A stretch of DNA of 64,000 bases from Sulfolobales archaeon (lineage in GTDB: Archaea; Thermoproteota; Thermoprotei_A; Sulfolobales; AG1). Positions 29,858 through 40,277 of the stretch are shown piece after piece; position 1 is the stretch's first letter, and the number at the start of each line of letters is the position of its first letter. The stretch lies in NCBI GenBank assembly GCA_038867615.1, contig JAWBYA010000004.1:64001-128000 (forward strand), given 5' to 3'. The translations under genes and the position numbers were made by a program. Under the pieces are notes generated by a model. It was given only the letters and a program-made list of their open reading frames with translations. It had not been told where the DNA came from and made no database searches.

Positions 29858-30346
29858 ATGATCAGAGGAGAGGGTTTGGAGAGAGGCTCGTACGAGAACC
29901 TTTATAGCGTGATGAGGCGGGGGCATAATAGGAAGGAGAGGAGAAAGACTACTGTTGAGGAGTATCTAGAGACGATCCACGAGCTTGAGAAGCATATTGG
30001 CTGGGTAAGAACCAAGGATCTCTCGAGGGTTCTCAACATAAAACCCAGCAGCATAACAAAAACACTGAAAAAACTCCACTCCGAAGGGCTCATAATCTAT
30101 GAGAAATACAGGGGAGCCAGACTAAGCAGGGCAGGATTAGAGGCTATAAACAAGCTTGTGAGAAAACACAGAGTGCTTGCAGAACTACTCAGAGAGGCGG
30201 GGCTGAGCGAGATAGATGCTCAGGCTGAGGCGGAGAGGCTTGAACACCTGGTGCCCGACTATCTGGTTGAGTATCTGGAGAAATTCGTAATAAGATATAG
30301 AGAGATGCTTCGCAAATGTGAGGGCGAGGAATCAGGAACACTATAG
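29858..30346 (+). CDS. DtxR/MntR metal-dependent regulator
   Basis: EEYLETI, wHTH, YEKYRG, RKHR, AERLEH. Confidence 0.9.
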   Translation: MIRGEGLERGSYENLYSVMRRGHNRKERRKTTVEEYLETIHELEKHIGWVRTKDLSRVLNIKPSSITKTLKKLHSEGLIIYEKYRGARLSRAGLEAINKLVRKHRVLAELLREAGLSEIDAQAEAERLEHLVPDYLVEYLEKFVIRYREMLRKCEGEESGTL

Positions 30347-30365
30347 ATATAGATTATGGAGTAAG

Positions 30366-31076
30366 TTAAAGACCCAGATATAGCTTTCCCAACTCCTTGT
30401 GTTCCAAGAGATCCTGTGCTGCTCCCTCAAACACAACCCTACCGCTTACCAGGAGATAAGCCTTGTCACCGATCTCTAGGGCTGCTTTTGCGTTCTGCTC
30501 AACCAGGATCACTGGTACCCCTGTTTGGTTCTTTATCTCATAGATCTTGTTAAGCATGGTCTTTGCCAACTTCGGTGCTAGTTGTGCCGTGGGCTCGTCA
30601 ACCATGAGGATCTTGGGCTTCCTAACGATAGCCATTGCCAGCGCTAGCATCTGTCTCTGTCCTCCTGAGAGTTGGTATGCTTTATATGTAAGCATCCCTC
30701 TAAGTTCTGGGAAGAGCTCTATTACATCTGATATTCTGTCCTCGCTATATCTACCAAATGTGTAGAGAGCCATCCTCAGATTCTCGAGCACTGTGAGGTT
30801 TACAAAGACATTATCCACCTGGGGTAGGTAGACAAGCCCCGCCCTAGCCCTCCTATACGGGGGCATCCCAGTTATATCCTCGCCGCCTAAATAGATCCTG
30901 CCACTATATAGGGTTGACAAGCCCATGAAGGTCTTGAGCAGTGTTGACTTTCCAGAGCCGTTTGGCCCTACAACCACCGTTATGCCTTTATCATGGGCTG
31001 CGAAGGTGACATCATATAATACATGGAGCCTTGCATACCCAGCATTTATACCCTCGGCTCGCAGCAAGCTATCCAC
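30366..31076 (-). CDS. livF: Branched-chain amino acid ABC ATPase (LivF-like)
   Basis: GPNGSGKST, LSGGQRQMLA, VDEP, VEQN. Confidence 0.85.
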   Translation of the reverse strand: MDSLLRAEGINAGYARLHVLYDVTFAAHDKGITVVVGPNGSGKSTLLKTFMGLSTLYSGRIYLGGEDITGMPPYRRARAGLVYLPQVDNVFVNLTVLENLRMALYTFGRYSEDRISDVIELFPELRGMLTYKAYQLSGGQRQMLALAMAIVRKPKILMVDEPTAQLAPKLAKTMLNKIYEIKNQTGVPVILVEQNAKAALEIGDKAYLLVSGRVVFEGAAQDLLEHKELGKLYLGL

Positions 31077-31896
31077 CCAGGTAGCTCTCTATAACCAGGG
31101 GGTTGCTAACCACGGCATCGGGGGGTCCCGAAGCTATGATCTTACCTCTATGCATAGCGTAAACCTGATCCACGTATTTAAGCGCTATATCAAGCCTATG
31201 CTCAACAGCAAGGATCGTTATCCCCAGCTCGCTCACAGATTTCCTCATATAGCTGAATATATCATGAGCAAGAGTGGGTAGTATCCCTGCTATGGGTTCG
31301 TCCATTATTACGAGCCTCGCCCTATTCATAAGAGCCCTTCCGAGTTCCAGGAGCTTCAGCTGCCCTCCGCTTAGCTGGTAGGCGTATTGATCCCAAACCC
31401 TGTCTAGGTTGAGAAACCTGAGCACCTTGAAAGCATATTCAGCCGCCTCTTTCTCCCCTGAAACCCATCTCCTCCCCATGTTACGCAAGAGCGAGGTTCT
31501 TGGGATGCCTCTCCATGAGACAAGAAGGTTCTCGAGAACCGTTAGTCTGAGGAAAGGCTGTGGTATCTGGAATGTTCTCACAATACCCAGCTCGTTGATT
31601 CTGTGGGGTGGGAGGCCTGTTATATCTATACCATCATAGATAACCTTACCAGAGCTTGGCTTATAGATCCCAGATATAGTGTTTATCAACGAGGTCTTCC
31701 CCGAACCGTTGGGACCTATTACCAGTGTTATCCTCCTCTCAGGCACCTCGATCGATGCACCATCAACGGCTCTGAGAGCACCAAAGCTAAGAGTGAGATC
31801 CACGGTCTTTAAAAGGATCCTACCTTCTTCACCCACACAGATACCCTGATATAGTGTATTGATGAACTGCTTTATATCTATCAACACATACAACAC
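31069..31896 (-). CDS. livG: Branched-chain amino acid ABC ATPase (LivG-like)
   Basis: GPNGSGKT, RTFQ, VEH, C-terminal VIESYLG. The true start is probably near 31835. Confidence 0.85.
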   Translation of the reverse strand: MLYVLIDIKQFINTLYQGICVGEEGRILLKTVDLTLSFGALRAVDGASIEVPERRITLVIGPNGSGKTSLINTISGIYKPSSGKVIYDGIDITGLPPHRINELGIVRTFQIPQPFLRLTVLENLLVSWRGIPRTSLLRNMGRRWVSGEKEAAEYAFKVLRFLNLDRVWDQYAYQLSGGQLKLLELGRALMNRARLVIMDEPIAGILPTLAHDIFSYMRKSVSELGITILAVEHRLDIALKYVDQVYAMHRGKIIASGPPDAVVSNPLVIESYLGG

Positions 31897-31921
31897 ATAT
31901 TATTTCACAAGACATCATTGA

Positions 31922-32506
31922 TCATAGTATGTTTCTAATCTCATCAATAGATCTGGATATATCAAGCCTACCATCGGGGCTCTTTGTAAAAACACCTCTA
32001 CTCTCGAGGAAACCGATCACGTGCTCCGCACTTGCATCACTATCTGCACACAGTGCTATTACAATCCTCCTTGCCCGTGGTGTTAGCAGCTCTTTAGGTG
32101 TTTCACTAGCACATCTAGAGACAGCCATAGCCATGTCCACCACCTCCTCCAAGCCAGCGTCTGTCTCGATATAACCACCTGTAGATGAGGCTCTATAGCC
32201 CCTAAGCCTTAAGAGATCCAGGAGGGGTTCTATATGGACAGGCCCCCCTATTATTCTCTGGAGATGCCTTATGCTCAGCTTGGCTGTGAGACCCCTGTTT
32301 CCAGCACTGCTGAGGCGAGTGCTCCTTACAATCTCTTTGATGAGCTCGATAGCTTCTCTGGCACCGATATAGTTATCGTCAAACACGACTTTTATAACGC
32401 CCCCATCTATGGTTGCGCTATAGATCCCTGGGATTTCTTCCGAGATCTTCTCAAGGATCTCTGAGCACTTGTTTCCACAACTTATAGTATAGCTTTTCTT
32501 AACCAT
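31922..32506 (-). CDS. DUF2067-like conserved archaeal protein
   Basis: C..KC.EILE N-terminus, L.DLLRLRGY, IETDA pattern; recognised from memory only. Confidence 0.55.
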   Translation of the reverse strand: MVKKSYTISCGNKCSEILEKISEEIPGIYSATIDGGVIKVVFDDNYIGAREAIELIKEIVRSTRLSSAGNRGLTAKLSIRHLQRIIGGPVHIEPLLDLLRLRGYRASSTGGYIETDAGLEEVVDMAMAVSRCASETPKELLTPRARRIVIALCADSDASAEHVIGFLESRGVFTKSPDGRLDISRSIDEIRNIL

Positions 32507-32560
32507 CCCACGGCTCCAGATCTATATCGTCAATAAGCCCTAATATCTCAAAACCCGGAT

Positions 32561-33442
32561 CTACACTCTTATTCCCAATAACCCTGCCACAAACGATCCT
32601 ATTATATATAGTACTGCTGATACTCCCAGTATGATTGCTGTTGTCTCTGTTATCTCTCTGAGATAGCTCCTCCCATGAAGAACCGAGCCGTATGTCGATA
32701 TATACGCCAGTATCACTATCGATAGGACTATAGATAGTGCGAAGGCTAGAAAGATCTCGTGGACTATGAAGTAGGGTATAGCTAGGATGACAGCTGTTAA
32801 GAAATACGCAATACCAGTATACATAGCAGAAGTCGCAGGCCTCCCCATATTCCCTTGCTTAGCCTGAGCATAGGCTGCAGCAGCCATGGCCATAGAGGCA
32901 GCAATCCCTGCTATGAGCCCAGCGATCCCTGCCATCACGGTGTTCTCATACACACCAAGAGTCCCGGCATGTATTCCCGAGATCTCTATTATTGCGTCAG
33001 AAAGGCCTAGAACTATGAAGCCTAGATAGGTTATTCTCTCCTCCTTAATACTATCTATAAGCATGTTCTCATGACTAATCTCGTCGGATATTATCCGCTC
33101 CAGCTCTTCTCTCTCGGGACCGCTCAACATTGGTAGGGCTTTCTTATACCTCTCTATAGTCTCGTTCTCCTTCCTCTCAAGGATCTTGATCGCTGTTGTA
33201 ACACCAAAGATCAAGGTCATTATCAATGCTGCTAGAATCCTCAACCACGCTAGCCTCACGCTACACCCACCGGTGAGGGATGACCAGAACCTATAGTGTC
33301 TCTCCTCATGGGAAGCCATCTCTACAAGAATCCCTCTAGCATGTCTGGGTACAAAGGGCATCTTGGAGAGCCACCTATATATAGCTCCATCTATATATTC
33401 ATCCTTGCAAGAGGCTAGAGCTATGCTTGATAGATCTACCAT
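32561..33442 (-). CDS. Ferritin/rubrerythrin-like domain fused to a VIT1/CCC1 transporter
   Basis: EERH and DEISHE di-iron ligands, VLGLSDA VIT1 motif, TM helices. Confidence 0.85.
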   Translation of the reverse strand: MVDLSSIALASCKDEYIDGAIYRWLSKMPFVPRHARGILVEMASHEERHYRFWSSLTGGCSVRLAWLRILAALIMTLIFGVTTAIKILERKENETIERYKKALPMLSGPEREELERIISDEISHENMLIDSIKEERITYLGFIVLGLSDAIIEISGIHAGTLGVYENTVMAGIAGLIAGIAASMAMAAAAYAQAKQGNMGRPATSAMYTGIAYFLTAVILAIPYFIVHEIFLAFALSIVLSIVILAYISTYGSVLHGRSYLREITETTAIILGVSAVLYIIGSFVAGLLGIRV

Positions 33443-33715
33443 GTCTCTGGCACCACTCAATCTACCAGCCAGTAAGAATAGTTTTTTAAGAGTATAAATA
33501 CGGAGCCGGCATGGGTGCCCCTTTACCAAGAGTCCCGGGCTTTATTAGCTTATTCTCCTCTAATACCAGCTGTCCTTCTTTTGACATTATAAACACCGAC
33601 ATCTCCAGAGCGATCCCCAGCTATGGTTCTATGAATACAATACGAATATGACACGGATAAAAACATAAGGGATTCTTAGTGAAACCGAAAAGGTTTGCCA
33701 ACATATGGGAAAGGA

Positions 33716-35131
33716 CTATTCTCCTAGGATCTTCTTTAGAGCTGGGTACGCCTCTATAGCCCTTTCCCTCATTATCAATAGATAGTACTGCTCCACAATA
33801 CCTATTGATAGCAGTATCCCTACACCAGATCCGTATGCAAGGGTTAGATCAGCTATTATCACCAACGCAACAACTATCAATGTGCTTAGAAGCGTTAGTG
33901 GGTATATATACTTCCCAAGGATAGCTTCAAGAACCTTCGGATTTCTCCTAAGTCCAGGGATCTCTAGCCCTGCCTTTATTAGTTTCTCAGCCTGTCCTGA
34001 GGGGTTGAGACCAGCTACTTCAACCCACATGAATGCGAAGGCTAGAGCTAGTAATGTGAATAACACTATATATATAGCAACCCTCGTAGGATCGGCTATG
34101 AGTTCTAAATAGCCCCTGGGGGGTGATAGGTATATCAGTATTTGCTCGAGAAAGCCTGCAGCACCCGTGCCTGACAGTATTGCTCTGAATATCAGGAAGT
34201 CTGCGAACAGTATTGATACCAATAGGACTGGCATGTTGGTTACGTAGAGGAACTGGAGTGGAACCCTCGTTTTGAGCCCTCTGAGCCTCTGTGTTGTTAC
34301 CGGTATATAGACCTTCATTCTCTGGAGATATATGAGAACTACAGCTATTACCACGAATGAGAGAAGCCCTAAGAGTCCTGGGAGGTATCCGAGACTTGGG
34401 TTATATCTAACAAATATGTTCTCTATAGATAGACCCTCATTGAGAGAGCTATAGACTATATATGGTATGAATCCCAAGGGCTCCTGTGATCCCGTGCTAA
34501 CGGGGAATGGCGAGAATAGATCGTTAACTATAACGCCTGCTGTCCCGGCTAGTATGAATAGCGATATACCGCTCCCTATACCCCAGCCCTTCTGGAGCAT
34601 CTCATCAAGCAGAATCACTATCAATGTAGCCCCTACAAGCTGTGCCCATACGAAGAACCTTATGAGCGGGTCTGCCCTGACATCAAATACCGGGTTGGGG
34701 CCTGTTAACTCCCAGAAGTTTGAACCAACTATTACGAAACCCCCGGCCTCAACACCCGCTATTACTAGTGCGAGTGATTTCTGTGCTAGCGTGAACGTCC
34801 TCCTACCCTCGGGTTTAGATAGATCTAGATCTACTAGCTTAGATCCTACTAGGATCTGCATAATAAGCCCAGCAGTAACTATAGGGCCTATACCTAGCTG
34901 GGCTAAAGTGCCTTGGGATGATGCGAAAACAACCTGGACTATTGTTGGGAGGGCTGCAGCTGCACCAGCTGTATGCTGGATCCCATAGATAGGTGTAGAT
35001 GCCATCAATATATAGATAGCGAGTGCGAGGAAAGTGTAGAGAAACCTCATACCAAGGCTAGGCTTAATAGCAGGTTTCGGGACGCCAGGTATATACTCTC
35101 CCATTGATGCAAATACCCGTAGAACTCCCAA
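33716..35131 (-). CDS. secY: Preprotein translocase subunit SecY
   Basis: GTLAQLGIGPIVTAG, KGWGIGSGISLFI, YVTNMP, IPGLRRNP, GSGVGILL. Confidence 0.97.
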   Translation of the reverse strand: MGVLRVFASMGEYIPGVPKPAIKPSLGMRFLYTFLALAIYILMASTPIYGIQHTAGAAAALPTIVQVVFASSQGTLAQLGIGPIVTAGLIMQILVGSKLVDLDLSKPEGRRTFTLAQKSLALVIAGVEAGGFVIVGSNFWELTGPNPVFDVRADPLIRFFVWAQLVGATLIVILLDEMLQKGWGIGSGISLFILAGTAGVIVNDLFSPFPVSTGSQEPLGFIPYIVYSSLNEGLSIENIFVRYNPSLGYLPGLLGLLSFVVIAVVLIYLQRMKVYIPVTTQRLRGLKTRVPLQFLYVTNMPVLLVSILFADFLIFRAILSGTGAAGFLEQILIYLSPPRGYLELIADPTRVAIYIVLFTLLALAFAFMWVEVAGLNPSGQAEKLIKAGLEIPGLRRNPKVLEAILGKYIYPLTLLSTLIVVALVIIADLTLAYGSGVGILLSIGIVEQYYLLIMRERAIEAYPALKKILGE

Positions 35132-35426
35132 TCTCTTCCCATAAACTAGATTTTAGAGAACTTTTAAATAGATAAAGATATTGCTCTCCACAGCTTGGTG
35201 GAGATGGAACGTATCAGCAGATCGAAATTAATGTTAGAAGCCAGAGTCTAAGGAATTCCATAAACCGATATGTCCTTCGCATAGCAGTAATACGCATCAT
35301 AAAGGACATGAACATCGTGAGAAGATCGTGATCTATAGATTCACAGAGCCTTATAGACTGGCAATTAGGAAAGCCCCAGCCCTAAAACTGGAGAAAAAGA
35401 ATTAAGAGTTGTTGGCACCTTACATT

Positions 35427-35567
35427 TTATTTTGCGTATTTCTCAGGGTTTCTCTTGAAAGCACTTACACAGTGGCCGCAACAGAAGTAGTATGTCTTTC
35501 CCTTATACTCAACGCGATATTCTGTAGTTTCAGGAACCTCCATACCGCATACAGGGTCTCTAGGCAT
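35427..35567 (-). CDS. YHS-domain metal-binding protein
   Basis: MPRDPVCGM...YKGKTYYFCC..C..AF..NPEKY. ATG 35567 follows GGTGG. Confidence 0.85.
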   Translation of the reverse strand: MPRDPVCGMEVPETTEYRVEYKGKTYYFCCGHCVSAFKRNPEKYAK

Positions 35568-35626
35568 ATTGCCACCAGGAAGATTAGATAATCGGAGGTA
35601 ATATATGGATTGGATTGGTATTGAAA

Positions 35627-35931
35627 CCATAGTCTCATTGAGAATACATGCCTCATAAGATGAAAAGGTTCATAGGAATACCAATCCACCATGTATTTCG
35701 TAAAGACACAAGCAATAGCAATAGGTCAAAAGAAAAGAGTAAAATCGCGGAACCCCTACAGCAATAAGTCAGAGGCAAGCTATGAAGAAGAACTGTGGAT
35801 AGAGGGTTACCCAGAACAGATAGAGGCCGGCAACATTGGCTCCACCGATAGCGATCCTGAGACCGAGGAAGCCGATGAAAAGCGGTTGGTATAAAAATCA
35901 ACAGCTATGAAGCCCGAGCCCCTCAGAATAG
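35627..35931 (+). mobile_element. Family A relic (copy A3) retaining a tnpB coding fragment
   Basis: Begins CCATAG and ends GTTGGTATAAAAATCAACAGCTATGAAGCCCGAGCCCCTCAGAATAG. Positions 35672-35713 translate IGIPIHHVFRKDTS, resembling the TnpB GIPVxxVxPxxTS motif. Confidence 0.65.
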
Positions 35932-36396
35932 TTATATATTTAGGCTGAGATCCTCCTTTATTACTTTAACAACAACGAGGGTCGATGTTCTCTCGATCTC
36001 TGGCGAGTTGATCATGCTTTCAAGAAACTTCATGAACGCCTCTCTAGAAGGTGATTTGGCCAAGACAACAAAATCTATATCTCCTAAAACGAAATACACG
36101 GACTGCACATACGGGTATCTCGCAAGTGTCTCACCGATCTTTTCGTGATAACCCCTCCCATACTTTCCCCTTACAAGTGTTATTGTGATATATTCAAAGC
36201 CTAGCTTCTCCGGGTCTAGGATCGCTCTATACGATCTAACTATACCCATGGATTCGAGTTTCTTAACCCTATAATACACAGTGGGTTTAGGGATCTTTAG
36301 TTTCGATGCTATATAGCTATAAGAGGCCTTAGCATTCTCCTGAAGTATTCGCAGTATTTCAAGATCTATATTATCCATGTTATAACGAGAAGACAT
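35932..36396 (-). CDS. Lrp/AsnC transcriptional regulator
   Basis: D.IDLEIL..LQENA, HTH, RVKKLE..GIV, RAM domain GDIDF. Confidence 0.93.
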   Translation of the reverse strand: MSSRYNMDNIDLEILRILQENAKASYSYIASKLKIPKPTVYYRVKKLESMGIVRSYRAILDPEKLGFEYITITLVRGKYGRGYHEKIGETLARYPYVQSVYFVLGDIDFVVLAKSPSREAFMKFLESMINSPEIERTSTLVVVKVIKEDLSLNI

Positions 36397-36891
36397 GTGA
36401 TTGAATGTCGAAACTATATACAGTCACCCTTTAAATTATCCATTTAACATTATTTATATAGCTTCCCGCTCATTATTTATATTGAAAAATAACGCTATTA
36501 ATAGACCATGCTCCGCACCCAATACACGAAGATCTAGCCAGGAGTTCTTTTCCAACAAATCATAACCCAGAGCACATAGGATCCCTAAATAAGTCTCTTA
36601 GATTCCATGTGGTAGTACAATAACTAGTCAGTCCTCTTATAGATTCCATTTTAGAATATAAATGGGTATAATTAATTGTTTTCATGTATCCTTACCATTG
36701 CTTGGCCTTAAGACTAAGCAGCAGCAGGCCGATCCTCTTACTGATACGTTATCTGATAGAGATTTGAAGACCTTGACCAGAATGACTCTGAATACGAGTT
36801 GGTCTCTATGTCTATTCTGAATAATGATGGAGACACCACCATGTTGATCCAGCAGAAAAACATAATTATTAATTATATACAGAAATAGAGA

Positions 36892-37189
36892 CCGTTTGTC
36901 CCTGGATGTTCATTCCACTCACTTTATTCATGGTCACATCCAAGGACTCCCACCCCAACCTGCAGGACCTCTATTCCTGTGGGTTCATGGGTGGCTGTCG
37001 AGCCAAACGGCACGCGGCTCCTATCTAGGGCTTGTGTGGGAGACCCACACCGAGGGCAATACATTTCAAGGACTATAAATACCCCCTGGGTGGTGGGGAA
37101 GCAGCTTTCGGGCATGCCCTGATACCCATGAAAATTTCCAAAGCCTATTAGTCCTCCCTATGTATACCAAAGAGAAACAGCCCCTGTGG
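36892..37189 (-). mobile_element. Family B relic (copy B2) with a tnpB zinc-finger/tail remnant
   Basis: Minus strand starts CCACAGGGGCTGTTTC and ends CATCCAGGGACAAACGG. It encodes CPRCG...RVPFGSTATHEP (ORF 36924-37115), a TnpB-like C-terminus. Confidence 0.72.
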
Positions 37190-37253
37190 ACTCGGTGGGA
37201 TCTCTTGATATAGGAACGCTATACATTCAGAGATAAACGTTAAGAGGGATGTA

Positions 37254-38441
37254 TTAGTTAATTATACCCACGATCTCCGCTACGCCTTTAAGCGCAAGGA
37301 ATATTGCTAGAGGTGCTTGTACCGCATAGTATGCCTCTATGTTTGCCTCGAACTCCATGCCGTAGAAGTTTATCTTTGGTATCCTTGCCATTGTCTTGAT
37401 CTTCATCTTCATATCCTCAAACGGTGAGAGCCAAGGCCCAGGTTCGAAGGACTCTATCTTTGAGACATCAACCGGGTATGCTTTAAGCCCTGTTTTGCCG
37501 TTGAGGGAGTTGGGTATCCTGACTAGCCTTGATATATCCATTGTGACCTTCTCATCTATATAGATCTCATAGAGATCCTTTCTCCACATGTCGCTAAGCA
37601 TTTCAAAGATCTTCTTGTTAATAGATTGTAGAGCACCTGTTAGATATGCCCTCACGTCTTTATCAACAACCCTCTCCTCTCTCAAATAGGCTCTTGCTAT
37701 CCTTGATGGTATTCCTCCGTCAACCGTCCTGGGCGGCATAATCATTGTCTTTCTAGCTCTACCACTCTTGATCTTATAGAAAGCCTCTGGCGAAAAACCA
37801 GATCCTTTTATATATTCAACCAGGATTCTCCTCTCCTCCCTGCCAAGGGATCTGAGGTCGTCTTTAACATAGCAGTGGATATGAAAACCCCTGTTCCCGG
37901 AGAATGTGACCTCCATAGAGGATCTCGAGACCCCCAGCTCCTCGACAAGAACATCGGATAGCATTACAGCTTGTCTTATGGCTAGCCCTATACATTGTGG
38001 ATCTATTATCTCTACCTCAGACACCTCACCGATCGACGAGCACCTATCCCCGGGATGCTCTCTCGTTAACTCGCTATCCCCAGGGCAGTAGTAGAGCTTC
38101 TGAACCGAACAGCCTGGGATATGGTCTGCATCTATATCGAACAATAGATCCGAGCCTCTCCAGCCCTTCTCATCCATCGATGGTGCTGAGGGTTGGAGGT
38201 ATACTGCTGATGAGTAGTAGAGGTGGAGAGGTGGTTTCCTGGCTAGGTATTGCCTAAGCTCGTCTGGAGATCTGAAGGATAGATGCCTAACATAGCTGGC
38301 AGAACCGAAAGGCTGTACAGCGAACTCCCTAAACTCTATATCGCTTGGGAGCTTTAGATCCGCCTTTGAATAATACCTCGAGAACAGATCCATCAGAATC
38401 TTATTACTATTACTCAGATCTCGGCGCGACGTAGAGGACAA
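37254..38441 (-). CDS. priS: DNA primase small (catalytic) subunit
   Basis: REFA, YYSSA.Y..P, DLLFDIDAD, FSGNRGFH, IDEKVT.DISRLVRIPNSLNGKTG. The start (TTG 38441) is uncertain. Confidence 0.95.
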   Translation of the reverse strand: MSSTSRRDLSNSNKILMDLFSRYYSKADLKLPSDIEFREFAVQPFGSASYVRHLSFRSPDELRQYLARKPPLHLYYSSAVYLQPSAPSMDEKGWRGSDLLFDIDADHIPGCSVQKLYYCPGDSELTREHPGDRCSSIGEVSEVEIIDPQCIGLAIRQAVMLSDVLVEELGVSRSSMEVTFSGNRGFHIHCYVKDDLRSLGREERRILVEYIKGSGFSPEAFYKIKSGRARKTMIMPPRTVDGGIPSRIARAYLREERVVDKDVRAYLTGALQSINKKIFEMLSDMWRKDLYEIYIDEKVTMDISRLVRIPNSLNGKTGLKAYPVDVSKIESFEPGPWLSPFEDMKMKIKTMARIPKINFYGMEFEANIEAYYAVQAPLAIFLALKGVAEIVGIIN

Positions 38442-39168
38442 GCCTTGCTCCCCGTGGCATCGAGATAGTAACCTTGCAGGGCTTATCACTGCCAAAGGCT
38501 ATCAACGCCTCCTCAGCAATAGAGCTTGCCTTAGCAACCTTGTCGAAATAGTCAATTGTATATGAAGCCCTCTCAACATTATCACTGCTATGATTATGCT
38601 CTATAAGACCCCCTGTATCTTTTGTCAGCAGGATCTCTGCTTCAGCCAGCTCGGAGGATCCTGTGATCTTAACCCCCTCAGGGGTTGATTGTAGCGTGAG
38701 CACCTCACCGATCTCCGAGATGATCTTATATGACGAGTGAAAAACCTGAGGATGCATACTCGCACTAACAGGAAAATCTATCTTAAGCTCTGGAACCTCC
38801 TCAACAGCCGTGCCGTGGAGAACTGGTACAGAGAATCTCCGCTCAAAACCATGCGGGGTTGCTAGAGAGACCCACGCACTCTTACCATCATACCCAATAA
38901 CTAGCTCATCCCTCTTACTAGCCCTCTTAAGAATCTTTGCCACAGCCTCAATACTTATTGGTACATTCGCCTCACCCTCAACATCGAATACCTCGAAACC
39001 CTCTCTAGGGATCGAGAATTCTATTAACGCAACATGGCTAGGATCCATAGCCCTTATCCTAAACCCATCATCAGAAACCCTGAAGGAGCCTACATCCACA
39101 AGATCCGCAACAGCTGATAACGAATAACGCCATACCCTGGCATCGAGAAACCTTATATTGAAGCTCAT
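38410..39168 (-). CDS. pcn: DNA sliding clamp PCNA (paralog adjacent to priS)
   Basis: RAMDPSHVALI, C-terminal LYVAPR; about 250 aa. Confidence 0.93.
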   Translation of the reverse strand: MSFNIRFLDARVWRYSLSAVADLVDVGSFRVSDDGFRIRAMDPSHVALIEFSIPREGFEVFDVEGEANVPISIEAVAKILKRASKRDELVIGYDGKSAWVSLATPHGFERRFSVPVLHGTAVEEVPELKIDFPVSASMHPQVFHSSYKIISEIGEVLTLQSTPEGVKITGSSELAEAEILLTKDTGGLIEHNHSSDNVERASYTIDYFDKVAKASSIAEEALIAFGSDKPCKVTISMPRGARLVLYVAPRSE

Positions 39169-39226
39169 AAACCCACCAATAGATAGTAGATATGCATACC
39201 AATAAATAACAAGCCGTGGCATATTA

Positions 39227-39485
39227 CCGCTTGTTCTTTGGTGTTGATTCTACTCATTTTATTATTTATGGCCTTATCCATGGACCCCCACCCCAACCCG
39301 CAGGATCTCTAATCCTATGGAGACATGAGCAACCATCAAGCCAAACAACACATACCTCCCATCTAGCCCCCAGACGGCTTGAAGCAAAGCCCACACCACC
39401 CCGGGCCTGTGTGGAGAGACCAGCACTTAGAGCAATCCCATTAAAAGCCTATGAATCTTTCCTACGAATATAGAAACACACCAGT
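39227..39485 (-). mobile_element. Family B relic (copy B3)
   Basis: CCGCTTGTTCTTTGG...CATGGACCCCCACCCCAACCCGCAGGATCTC...AGCCAAAC...AAAGCCTATGAATCTTTCCTAC aligns along its length with 36892-37170. Confidence 0.72.
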
Positions 39486-39653
39486 TACCAGATCCTTGAA
39501 ATGCGGAGATTAAGAAGATAAGAAGCTAAGGGTATGGTAATCGCACCGAATAGTATTAATTCTCATGAAGCAGACTACCAAGACCCGGGATAATAGTGGT
39601 AGCAATACATAGGGAGATCGATAAGACTTATACTCCTTTTAAACAGATAGCCC

Positions 39654-40184
39654 GTGGTGGTGGCTTTGGTAAGAGCCTTGATAATATCTGCAGACGGTTT
39701 TGAAGATATAGAGCTCCTATATCCTTACTACAGGCTACAAGAGCTCGGGATCGATGTTATAATAGCGGCACCCCAGCAGGGAGATATAGTGGGTAAAGTT
39801 GGCTATAAAGTAAAGGCAAGCATGTCCTTCAAAGAAGCAGTTAAACAGGACTTCGACATACTCGTAATACCAGGTGGCAGGGCTCCGGAGAGGGTTAGGC
39901 TTGAGGCAGAAGCACTCGAGATAGTTAGAAGATTCTTTAAGGAAGATAAGCCGGTTGCAACTATATGCCATGGACCCCAGGTCCTTATAAGTGCTGGTGT
40001 AGTGAGGGGCAGAAGACTTACCAGCTGGTGGGGTGTGAAGGATGATGTGATAGCAGCAGGGGGGATATGGATCGATAGCCCCGCGGTTGTTGACGGTAAC
40101 CTGGTTTCTGCTAGATACCCGCCAGATGAGCCTGAGTGGATGAGGAGCTTCATAGCTCTTCTAAGAGAGAGGAAGATACTATAA
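39654..40184 (+). CDS. pfpI: PfpI/DJ-1-family intracellular protease/deglycase
   Basis: DGFEDIEL, IPGGRAPE, ICHGP nucleophile elbow. Confidence 0.92.
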   Translation: MVVALVRALIISADGFEDIELLYPYYRLQELGIDVIIAAPQQGDIVGKVGYKVKASMSFKEAVKQDFDILVIPGGRAPERVRLEAEALEIVRRFFKEDKPVATICHGPQVLISAGVVRGRRLTSWWGVKDDVIAAGGIWIDSPAVVDGNLVSARYPPDEPEWMRSFIALLRERKIL

Positions 40185-40277
40185 TCGATTTATACATAAG
40201 CATTTCTTTTTTATACATATCAGATCTAATATAAATCAGATCGCTTAAGCTTAAATAGATTTTAACATAACTATTGT

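Noticed and set aside
33600-33690. Weak resemblance to the family B right end downstream of secY
   Set aside because: The terminal GACAAACGG is absent and the similarity is too low to support by eye.
36586-36649. Two similar sequences (TCTCTTAGATTCCAT / CCTCTTATAGATTCCAT) resembling crenarchaeal CRISPR repeat ends
   Set aside because: Only two degenerate units with a 41-nt period, too short for repeat plus spacer; no cas genes or further units.
16515-39473. Small ORFs 16515-16703, 27166-27429, 35691-35894, 36896-37078, 36924-37115 and 39216-39473 as genes
   Set aside because: They lie within the repeat relics; their mutual similarity (e.g. YEEELW, PPQPAG) reflects the DNA repeats rather than conserved proteins.
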